Source: Perkinsus olseni (lineage: Eukaryota). From it: a DNA stretch of 20,000 nt. The first letter of the stretch is position 1; each line of letters starts with the position of its first letter. The notes under the pieces were generated by a model. That model had not been told where the DNA came from, made no database searches, and saw nothing but the letters and a program-made list of their open reading frames with translations. Below are positions 1 through 9,800 of this stretch, piece by piece. The position numbers were made by a program, and so were the translations under genes. The stretch lies in contig JABANN010000108.1 in NCBI GenBank assembly GCA_013115125.1, forward strand, positions 50,989 to 70,988, written 5' to 3'.

Positions 1-205
1 GGCGACACCGTCAGAGGGAGAATGATCAGGCATGTTGATGTTGCTATTCATGATGATGATGGTTTCTGTTACGGACTTTTTTCGTTTGTACCGTGCTCAA
101 CCTCAGGATACGTTTGTGTTGCCTTTTGTCTCCCTTGGTGGTGATTGTGTCCTTCCGGCGTGACTGCTCATCTAGCTGTTCATCCCTTACTAATACACCT
201 ATTAA

Positions 206-1315
206 ATGCAAACAACAAACAACAACAGTCCCCAAATCAATCCCTCATCTCCCCCGACGGTCCAAGGTGTGGCCTACAAACCAAAGAGAGTGTAACCCTT
301 CTGTATCTTGCAAGGGCGACTCGAAGATATCTTTCCCTTCAGACTGGGTCTTCATCTTGCTGACGACCGTCTGGCGTTCCGAGTGAGGCTGACTTTCTAC
401 CTGTCTCTTCTGCCCATCATCTTTTGTATCGCCTTCGCTATTGTGGTGTGGTTCGTATCGGTACCTGTGTATATTTGGTAAGGAATGGAGGCGAAGCGAA
501 GCGTTTCATGTTAACCAATTTTGGTTGTAGGTACTATGCTTTGTTGGTTATTACAGTGGTGTCCCCGACCACTTTGTACTATTCCTACGCTAATAATAGT
601 CATTCGTTCATGGGTCTCTTTGCTTTTCTTAATGGTGCCCTAGCGGTATGCCAAGTTCTATCAGTATGGCAGGTAATGGTCTAATACTTGACCTCATTCG
701 TATCTTGCTAGGTCGACCTAAAGATATTTCTCAGGTGTTAGCCTATGTTAACAACTGTGAGACGTTCGTTGATGAGTGCAAAGTGTCAGGGCTGAGGGTA
801 GTCCCGGCCGTCACCGATCCGACGTAAGCACCAATTTCGTGGCGCGTGACGCTTTTGCTGGTCTTGTTTAATTTTAAAAGATACGCCTGCTCGTTCTACT
901 CGGTGATGGACTATTCGACGTTCCAACACTGGGCGGATAGTCAGACGACCACTTTTGTTATGTACCTGTCGTTCTTCGTGCCGGTGGTGGTGTTCCATTT
1001 GGTAATTGGGGAAGGAGTGGTATGAAATGGTCATAAATGCGACTATTTGTCAGATGCTGTTGGCCTTGTCGTTGATGTGGTATTCTAAGCTGAGAAAGGG
1101 TCTCAGAATTTCTACCACAGGACCAGCCGGCGGTGTGGCTGCCACCGTAGGATTTGGGAGAGGAGTGGTATGATAAGCACGTATAAACACGTGTGCGTTG
1201 GCAGGTTATAACTAGCGGGTATGTCGCTAGAGGCACTGAGGCCGATGATGCGGATAAGGTCGCCGTTGGTGTTCCCGTTTCCAGTCCGAAAATCAAAGAA
1301 GAAGATAAAATATGA
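206..1315 (+). CDS. 4-TM tetraspanin-like membrane protein, paralog 1 (7 exons, ~265 aa)
   Basis: Manual splice with GT-AG introns: exons 206-291, 343-477, 531-672, 735-823, 881-1001, 1054-1167, 1205-1315 give one open frame. Sequence: MQTTNNNSPQ...KPKRV|LGLHLADDRLAFRVRLTFYLSLLPIIFCIAFAIVVWFVSVPVYIW|YYALLVITVVSPTTLYYSYANNSHSFMGLFAFLNGALAVCQVLSVWQ|VLAYVNNCETFVDECKVSGLRVVPAVTDPT|YACSFYSVMDY...VVFHL|MLLALSLMWYSKLRKG...|VITSGYVARGTEADDADKVAVGVPVSSPKIKEEDKI*. It has four hydrophobic segments and a Cys-containing loop between TM3 and TM4. Confidence 0.85.
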
Positions 1316-2018
1316 AGGGTTTTCCGCACAGGGAAGATGTTCTCCACTAGTTGTGACTGAATTTTTCAGTCGTCCTGATTTGTGGTATCTTTCCCTGTGG
1401 CATTCGGGGCGATCTCCGAAGATGATTTCCGCTCCTTTGTATGCAAAGAGATGGGTTTTCGCGACTGGCCTCGGGAGAGGAGTTAGTTGACGAGGTCATA
1501 TCTGAATCGATTGTCTGATCGATTTATATCTCCTGTTCTTTAGTGCAGTTAGTGGTCAATAGTGATCGATTCTGATTTTGTAATTTTCGACATTGATGGT
1601 ATCGGAGAATCCTGACTGCGGTGGAAGACCGGTAGTAACCCGTCTCTGGATGACTCTTCTGTTGTGTTCATCATTATGGTATGGCAGGGCCAGGTGAGGG
1701 TAGATGGTATCTTAGGTTGAAGGAGTTTAAGATACTTAAAGCGTATCTTTCTGTAGTATAACCTCCATGCCACCCTCTGACACAGAAGATACTCCATCGC
1801 CTCCTTCAACGGTTCTCGGAGTAAGATTCCATCCTCGTATTGTGTAAGTCCCTTCATGCAGGTTAAATAATTTCGTGGCGCGCGGGAAATACTATTCTTT
1901 GCATATAGCGACTCCTCGTCTTGTAGCAGGGTATCGCTCGCTAGGTGCTAATCATATCTTTCCCTTTGCGTTGCCTATCGGACGGCTTTCGTTAGCACAG
2001 CGGCGTGAGTTCGATTGA

Positions 2019-3765
2019 ATGGTGGGGCTCTCTAGAGGGGTATCTAAGGTTGAAGCTAGGAGTTCATGGTGTTGCGGTTTGGTCAGGTTTGGCCTTCCTA
2101 TCGCCAAGCCTGAGTTGGCTCCGATAATTCGAACAATATTCCTGCTGGCCCTGGCCCCGATACTGTTAGTAGCAGTATTTGCAGCTGTCACTCTGACCTT
2201 GGGAACACCTGTATTCTTCTGGTAATAGAAATGAGGGTTGACCTTATTTGTATCTTGCACGAGTCTAGCTAGGATATTTCAGTGGCACTGGTTTTGTGTC
2301 CCTGTATACCGTGAATGCGAAACGGTTGATCGATTTGCCAATCTTACTCTACATGCAACTCAGGTATTATGTTGTCTTTGTTACCACCATTCTAGCTCCT
2401 GCTGCCCTCTACTACGGTGTACAGTATAATAAGAGCGGTGCCTTAGAGCTCTATGCTGTTTGTAATGTGGCATTGGCAGTACTACAAGCTGTTGGGATAT
2501 GGCAGGTCATATTCGGCTGCGAATCGGGGGAAATGTGGTATCAACCTGTTGTTGGTCCTTCTGGTTTCGATGAAATTATAATTGAACCGATTCATTGAAA
2601 GCGCATTCACCCATGGTGACATTTATTACGTATCCGCATCGGTCGCGCTCTCGAAGGCTCCGGGAGGGGATGTCCGAATGATTTCCCTAGCGGAGCGAAG
2701 TTTTTTTAGATTGTGAGATTCCTGGACCAGAGCGAGTTGTTCCTTCAGCAGTGTGCTGTTAAGAACGGTCTCATCGTGCCGGCGGTTGCCAACCCCGAGT
2801 AACTAACGATAATATAAATCGATCATCTGATCGATTTGCCCATTTTTCAGTTTCGACTGTCAGAGTTACCATTCGTATGAATATTGGAAGAGTAGCAACA
2901 CCGTGGCCAATGCAGACCGGACCTTGGTCATCTACAGCGTTCTCATGGGGTTAGCGATCATAATACACTCGGTAATACTCCTCCCCGTGCAGACGTTCTC
3001 CCTCGCTCTTGAGGCGAGCAAGGTGGTGGTGGTGTTCTCCTGGCGATCACACATCCACGTTCTTCGGCGCCGCTCACCGGCAGGGCCGTCGTTGTGGTGG
3101 TGGAATACCGCATTTCACCAGAATGAGCGATTCTGGAGGTGTAGAAGTACCCGAAGTTGATTCGTGTCATTCAGGCACTGATGGCCCTGTCTATATTTTT
3201 ATACAAGAAGTTGGCTGGCTCCAGGACGTTGGTGCTTGCCCCGACCTTCTCAGAGGTGGTACGCGGTGGGCGTTACCTGTCCATCCAATGACTACATGAG
3301 TGTGTTACAGTAACACTGTCATGGCTATAGTGGCTCACGGAGTTGGAGAGAATGCGATATTTGGTCTGCGAATATGATATTTAATGGTTGAGCGAACTGG
3401 GGGGAAACTTGGCATACATATTTCTGAAACACTTCTTAATGTGCCTTTGAAAGATTGGCATCTAACACGCTTATATATCTGAATTTCAACATCGAAACTG
3501 GGCGAGAAGTAGTGGAAAGCCGTTTATTGATGAGAGTCATCGGCATAAGCATTGTCATTCGGTTCAGGGTCAGATGCGCCCCGTAGACGCCGCGGTCGCG
3601 GAGGGTACTGAAGCTAGCGATTCGGCAAAGGTCACCACGGGAGTTCCGGTTAAACGATCAGAATCTTCGCTGTGCGAAGTCGATATGGAAGCAGGAGAAG
3701 TAGCGCTCCCATCGGCATCGCGGGATGGGGCCTCTGCAAACAGTAGCATCGCAGTTGCTGTGTGA
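2019..3765 (+). CDS. 4-TM tetraspanin-like membrane protein, paralog 2 (start uncertain)
   Basis: Exons align with paralog 1 at the same intron phases: FGLPIAKPELAPIIRTIFLLALAPILLVAVFAAVTLTLGTPVFFW|YYVVFVTTILAPAALYYGVQYNKSGALELYAVCNVALAVLQAVGIWQ|IVRFLDQSELFLQQCAVKNGLIVPAVANPD|FDCQSYHSYEYW...GLAIIIHS|ALMALSIFLYKKLAG...|...AVAEGTEASDSAKVTTGVPVKRSE...SIAVAV*. Stop codon ends at 3765. Confidence 0.8.
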
Positions 3766-3860
3766 GGAACGTCAAGAAGTCTTAAGATTTCAAGATTATA
3801 CTTCGCGCGGTTCTGCGCTGATATTATCTTCCTTATAATCAATTGTTGTTGTTAATCGTC

Positions 3861-3878
3861 GTTGTTGTTGTTGTTGTT
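3861..3878 (+). repeat. (GTT)6 microsatellite within a GTT-rich tract
   Basis: gttgttgttgttgttgtt read directly; flanked by further TTG units from ~3843. Confidence 0.8.
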
Positions 3879-4250
3879 CTATAATGGCCAGTAGTGGCCG
3901 ATCCGTAGTGACCATTCCCGACACCAACCGCTGCCCCTCTGCTGGTGACCTTTCCTTCTCTACTGTAGATAAAAGTGAGTTCATTAGGAGCATAAATGTA
4001 TGGCAACAAAAAAGAAGTGGTATAATTTCGGCGGAGCGAAGCTCTTGTTGTTTGTTTGTTGTTTTCTTTGCTGCTCTCTGATGGAGACTTCTTCCTTCGT
4101 TCCTACTCTCGCGAATAACGTTGTTGTGATAGAGTTGCTCGACATTTCTCTTTATGCTGTACACATGGGGTTGAGTCTATTAATTGCGTGTAGCAGGTGG
4201 AAGGCATGTTCTGTGTGGATTCCGGTAGGGTTCAGTACTTGTTCTTAACA

Positions 4251-4321
4251 GCATCATTGGTCTAGTGGTAGAATACAACGTTGCCATCGTTGTGACCCGA
4301 GTTCGATTCTCGGATGATGCA
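4251..4321 (+). tRNA. tRNA-Gly (anticodon GCC)
   Basis: GCATCATTGGTCTAGTGGTAGAATACAACGTTGCCATCGTTGTGACCCGAGTTCGATTCTCGGATGATGCA. Acceptor GCATCAT/ATGATGC; anticodon stem CAACG/CGTTG with loop TTGCCAT (GCC at 4283-4285); T-arm CCGAG-TTCGATT-CTCGG; discriminator A; TTTT just downstream. Confidence 0.96.
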
Positions 4322-4420
4322 GCTTTTCTTCCTCACTATTTAGCATCGCCACATCAGTCGATGAATACTGCCGAATACCCCCTATCGCTGTCAGGCATTC
4401 TTTCTCTCTTTCTGACACCC

Positions 4421-6052
4421 ATGTTCGGAGGCGCTCCTGAAAAGTCGCATAACACGAAGTCCTCCTCCCAGCTTGTTGAAGTGTAGGAGGAATCCTCGCC
4501 CGTGAGAAGGATGCTGCCGATTATTTTCTTCTTCAGCGTCGGCATCGATATGGTGGAAAGAAGCTACGCTCGCCGAGTTGGTGGCTTCATCTTCCTCACT
4601 TATCTGCCTCCATTCATAAACCTCACCTTCATGGTCGTGGCGGTTGTATTGTCGATCCCGTTGACCAACTTGTAAGCGAAAGGGCGTCGGTTCGGACCAG
4701 GGAAGCGGTACTTTAGGTCTGATTTCCTGACGCTTGTGAGCCCCTTTCTGCCACTATTGGCCTACTACGGATTCGTCCTCGTCTCACCCAAGATGATGCT
4801 CACCTACGGAGCTCTGGTATGGATCATGATCGGCCTTCGTGCGCTGGCTTTGGCACAGGTAAAGATGAGATCGATCATCAGGGCATGCGCTACTCTCCTC
4901 CCACAGATGTTTCACTATGTATCTCTGGTCCAGCGACTCGTAGCATCCTGCACAATCGACGGCGCTGGGAAGGTGATCGATGCCGTGAGCCATCCCGTGT
5001 AGGTTGGGGAAGCCCGGCAGCGAATAATGCGGTAGATTGTACGTATAGTTGATCACTAGTGGTAGTGCAAAAATCTCTCCTTTCATTCCGATTGATAGAA
5101 AAACAGTTTGGCGTGCTTCGACGGCTCAAAATACAGGAAACGCGGGAGGAAGAGTATTCAAATGGTGGCCTATTATGATGCTGTTGACAATGGCGTGTGC
5201 TCCGCCAGTGACTTTGGTTGTTATTGTTGTTGTTGAGGGATGGTTTTGGTCGAAGGTACGACTGTGGCAAGATATCATCCAGCGTGTGGGAGGTCGCAGC
5301 CGATCATCATGCACACAATAGTGGAAATATTTATGCTATTTATCTCACATGCTTCTTCATGGAGGTGGCAGTCTATTTGGTAAGGGGTTGTAGGACGGCT
5401 GCCTGTCCTGGGAGAGAGAAGAATCACCCAAGTTCAAATCCCACGGATGTCATTTTCAATCGATTTACGGGCAGCAGTTGATAAGTTGCTCGAGTACACT
5501 TTCCCATCATCCCCGTGGCTAGAACTGATAGATGATATCCGCATTCCGATTCCTGTTCTTAATGGAACCGGATATCTCCGTACGCCCTCGCAAAGTTACT
5601 ATGACGTGGGACAGCCGCCTCGCTGGCTCCTTCACAGTTGTACATCAAACATGGTGTTCAAGTTCCGTAATAGAAATCCGGTTTTTTACTGCCGTTGATG
5701 AGGCGTACTTGCTATATCCCTTCGCGAGAGTCTCCTCGACATCCGCCCATCTTCTGCTGTTATTGATATCGGCAGTGGTGTGAGCATAGGGTGGCTAAGC
5801 GGTCGAGCCGTCACAACCCGGAAGGCTTTAGTGTCCTTCTCAGGTCCTCGGTGTATTGGCCGTGAGGTTTTCCATGTTGACGAGGAGAGGCAAAGTTGTG
5901 AAGAAATCAGCGGAAGTCGATGCATCGGGGGTAGTAGTGGTGTGGGTGCAAGAACTAATGTCGTTTTACCGAAGACCGGTGCTGTTTCTACTAATGGGAA
6001 CGGTTCCGGTGTATCGGAGAAGGAGAGTTTTCCCGTTCAAGATTCCGGGTGA
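4421..6052 (+). CDS. 4-TM tetraspanin-like membrane protein, paralog 3 (most diverged)
   Basis: MFGGAPEKSHNTKSSSQLVEV|VGIDMVERSYARRVGGFIFLTYLPPFINLTFMVVAVVLSIPLTNL|SDFLTLVSPFLPLLAYYGFVLVSPKMMLTYGALVWIMIGLRALALAQ|MFHYVSLVQRLVASCTIDGAGKVIDAVSHPV|YDCGKISSSVW...FFMEVAVYL|VLGVLAVRFSMLTRRGKVV...|TGAVS...QDSG*. Intron positions and phases, and the two loop cysteines, match paralogs 1 and 2. Long introns at 4999-5255 and ~5380-5843. Confidence 0.75.
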
Positions 6053-6519
6053 TATCAAAAAGCCCTGATTATTCTCATCACACATTGGGAAAATCGTCTC
6101 CGGCGTCGTGCGGGACCGACAGTCTTGCGGAGGGTGGGGGAGTGTTGGTTGGTTCTCAGATTCCCTATGACCGTCAGTTAGTGAGGATGGACACATGCGC
6201 AACTCAGTGCTCAGAGGCTGATCTGGTGCAGGTCGGAATACCAGTAGCTGAGATCAGACGTGGTGACAAGGTCGCAGATAGCCGCCCGGTATAGGGCAGT
6301 TTTTTAATGCGGGAGATCGTCGGATCTATCCCCGGGTACAGCGTCGTTTATTAAGACTCTATACATGAGCATTTTATTAGTCGAATTCATGAGTCAGTAA
6401 CTCAACAGCTGTCGTTCAGACCAGTCGTTGTGGGCTGTGGTGTTGAGAATCATCAATTTAAGGAAAAGCAAGATTACTAAAGAGAGCAAGAGAGACGAGT
6501 AAAGATACCATTGCAGTTC

Positions 6520-6612
6520 AGGTGATGGAGCTTGGATTTGAACGAGGGACCTCTCGGTTGCTAGGTGGAAGCATTGTAGCAGTTGTCCGCTTTACCATTT
6601 GCGAGATTTCAC
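6520..6612 (-). pseudogene. degenerate tRNA-like sequence (tRNA pseudogene or tRNA-derived SINE head)
   Basis: Minus strand: GTGAAATCTCGCAAATGGTAAAGCGGACAACTGCTA...GCAACCGAGAGGTCCCTCGTTCAAATCCAAGCTCCATCACC. It has a D-loop-like TGGTAAAGCG, a variable-loop-like AGAGGTC and a B-box GTTCAAATCC, but the stems pair poorly. Confidence 0.35.
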
Positions 6613-6804
6613 TCCTTGCCATGAGGTCTGTGCCGACACTGCGAGGGCATGCCTTCATTCAACTACGGTAGGAGGGCGGAGCGAAGCGAACATCTCCGCA
6701 TTTAGTCGGAAATATTTGCGCTCAGAAAATTCAGTCGAACGTCGAATGTGACGGCGAAGATCCAAAAGCGGCGGGAGGAGTTCGTAAAGGAAAAGTTTCC
6801 GTAT

Positions 6805-6875
6805 TTTCGTGGCGCGGTGACGGAGGAGATGCCGAAGCGGGGCAGGAAGTAATGGATGGGGCATTTTGTGGCGCG
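6805..6875 (+). promoter_or_regulatory. tandem TTTYGTGGCGCG motifs upstream of the GcvT-like gene
   Basis: TTTCGTGGCGCG at 6805-6816 and TTTTGTGGCGCG at 6864-6875; the exact 12-mer also occurs at 835-846 and 1871-1882. Confidence 0.45.
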
Positions 6876-6897
6876 TGAAGCTACTACGCGGCCTTCG

Positions 6898-9800
6898 ATG
6901 CTATGGCAGCGCCTGCCTCGGCGGCAGTATTTCGGTGCGCGGACACCACTTGCAAACCCAATATCGACGACTCAAACGTTGAGGGTGGTCTTTCCTCACC
7001 GGAAAGTCGCTACTCCTGGAAGGGGGGCAGGGTGGACGGGCTAGGGCCTAGTACCAACGTCTACCCGCTTCCGCCGCTCTATCGAGATCTGCGCCACCCA
7101 TCGTTAGCGTTTATCTTGCCGTACGGGTGAACTGTGTTGATTTGGAGATACTTTGGGATCGAGGATAGTAATAGATTGACTTTATCCCTGCTTGGACACC
7201 ACACAGGCTTCTGGGCTCGTGACAGCGTTGGCTGCCTCTCAGGTCGGGTGGGCATTTCCTGGATCCGTCGATGGACCCTCTGAACCTCGATGGTGATGAT
7301 TCGGTGCACGACAGCTACATGAAGAGGAGGATGGACGAGATCGACGGCGACTTTGTAGACAACTTGGTTAGGGAGGGGAAAACGGGAGGAGGTCGGAGGG
7401 GGGGGGGAATCCGAAGAGTATCTTTTATCGACCTCGACTTAGATATGTTCCAAACCTTTGAAGCGCATCTTTCGGCCATAGCAGATTTCAAGGCTACTAA
7501 GGTTGCGGTAACAAGGGGGGATGGGAAGAGGGAGAGTCGTTGCATTCTGGATGCGACCCTTTGCGGTCGGCATTGTCCTGCTTCATTCGGCCCCTATTTT
7601 GATTGATCATCAGTGCGTCGTTAAGCCTGGGTTGTATCGGGTGCCCGGATGATTTGCCAATGATCAGGCGGCAAGCCAACGAGAATCCCATATTAAGAAG
7701 ATAACGCAGGTAGAGTACAACCCCCTGCATGGGGAGAGTGGAAAGGCTCGTCTAATGGAAGCTACCGTGGTAGTACTGGGAGGGGCAATCGTGTGGTCGA
7801 CCCGACCCTTCTTTTGTAGTGCTACTGAGCGGTGGTAAATTTCGTGCTGATTTTGGAGTCTATTTTGATGGTTGGTCTGAGAGAAATTGAAGATGAATTC
7901 GCGATCGTTGGTGGGGTCCATGGGGGGTTGTTTTCACTCGGGGCCTTTTCGGTCCGGGGAAGCACCGCCGCGCCTGGCTGGATGGAATCCTGAGTTTCAA
8001 GATGAAAGTTCCTCTGTACCAGTGGGGGTTCCACCCAACAGTGAGTTGATAGTTAAGCGATGATTACTCAGCCGCCGTCGTATGCTTTGGAGGACGGGAG
8101 AGGACGGCGGCTGCTGCCAGCGGAGCAACACGCGAGTCTGCAGCCTAGAGGGAAGGCGGTGAACGGACGGTTCATCTCGGGGAAGCGGTCGCGGGATAAG
8201 AAGGTGGTTCTATGCAGCCGTGGGTGGTGGGGGATATTCTGTGGGTTTAGTCGGACCCTCGGTTTTCCACGCCCGATACGAGATCGGCCTCGGCGCCGAG
8301 AATAGACGAACAGTGGATGATGCAGCAGCAACAGGAGGACAAGGAGGATGAGAATGAGTTGAGGTAGCAGGGTTGACCGAAGTGAGCTACCCCTGAGTGA
8401 GTGTCGTCTCGGATTGACTCTTCGATTCGGACATGGCATCTTGCACATTATGCATGTGCGTTGTGGTCGTTGTGATTTCCTCATAGTGAATGTTGAGGCT
8501 TTCACGATGGACGTCCGAGGTCAGTGTTGCTGCTCACTATGAGTGTACTTATATGACTCTGTTGTTGGAATTGATGCTGCTTGTTAGCGATGAGGGGGAA
8601 GGAGAGGATGTCTCGTTGATTGACGAGGATGAGGATGAGTTGAGGCCATCGAGGGAGGAGGAGTTCAGCGACGAGGATAGTGATGATGACGATGGGGATA
8701 GGTTCGAGAGACCGTATGAGGAGAAAGGGGTAGTTGTGGGGGAGCACGGCTTGGTGGGTGGCTAGAGTAGGGCTGATGCGTGCACGGAGCCCCGGAATAC
8801 ACCTATGATCGTTGGGGGCTCTGAGGTAGTGGTGACAGAGCGTACGAGTGGTTTTAGATAACGTCCTCGATCGCCATGACGCACAACTTCAAGTCCCTCC
8901 GGGCGAATGACGGTGAAGCCTTCCCGGTGAAGTAGGTGGAGGGCCGGGTTGTAGAACAGACCGGTGTTGTTGGTGTAGTGTCGATACCGAGAGTCCGTAC
9001 GGTGGCAGGATGCGGGCATCGGGGTTAGGGCAGGTTTGGAGGGAACTCAGTAAGTTGGGGACATGGCCGCCGCTCACTGAGGAGGTGGACGGTCTGTTCC
9101 GTAGGGGAATGAGGAATCTTTCCTTCATTCAAGCTCATCACGGAGGGGCCCCCTTGATCTGCCGTTGAACGTGAATTTTCGAATAATCGCCGTCGGAAGA
9201 GTACGGTAATGATGATGAAGTGCCGTACTGTAGGCCCGGAGGTTCGGTTTGGCGAGTACTTGGAGACAGCAGTGCCACTCACCCATACCACGACACTGGG
9301 GGAATATCGGAGAGCGCGGACGGACGCTGTAGGCGGGGCGGCAGTGGTGGCGAATCATAGGTTGATGCTAGGTAGTAGCAGATGAGTCTTATAAACAACT
9401 GTACTGGATTACGGGCGAGGACAGGTAGTAGAAGGGGATTGGGTTGAGGACGACATGGCGTTCCTTGTTGTTGTTGATCTGCCGTGTGAGGGCTGCTGTA
9501 CATGACTACTGTTCGTACTACCTAGTGGCCTTGCCACTACTTGCGGAGGTCCCGGCACGTCCGGTATCGGTGGCTCCTCTATCGTAGTCTAGCGTGATCT
9601 TCTTGCTGTCCTCCCTCAGGCAGATGGTAGCAGATCATTTCCTCACTACGGGACTTCGTAATATGACACCCGGGGACGTCCAGTAAGTTCGTGCTGGTGG
9701 GCATGTTCCTGGAGCTGCCCGCGCTGTTGCAGGTTTTCTTGCATTATCGATACACGGGCACTTGTCTTGGATCTGTGCCATGTTTATGTCCATCCTGACG

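Noticed and set aside
1549..1857. Minus-strand 102-aa ORF between paralogs 1 and 2
   Set aside because: No recognisable motif, no convincing splice model, and opposite to the orientation of every other gene.
3884..4248. Possible small spliced gene upstream of the tRNA
   Set aside because: No consistent exon chain could be built, and the next ORF in the track (4265-4486) overlaps the tRNA.
6218..6257. CAGGTCGGAA resembling SRP RNA helix 8
   Set aside because: The required apical stem and AGCA partner strand do not form; kept only as an unassigned structured candidate.
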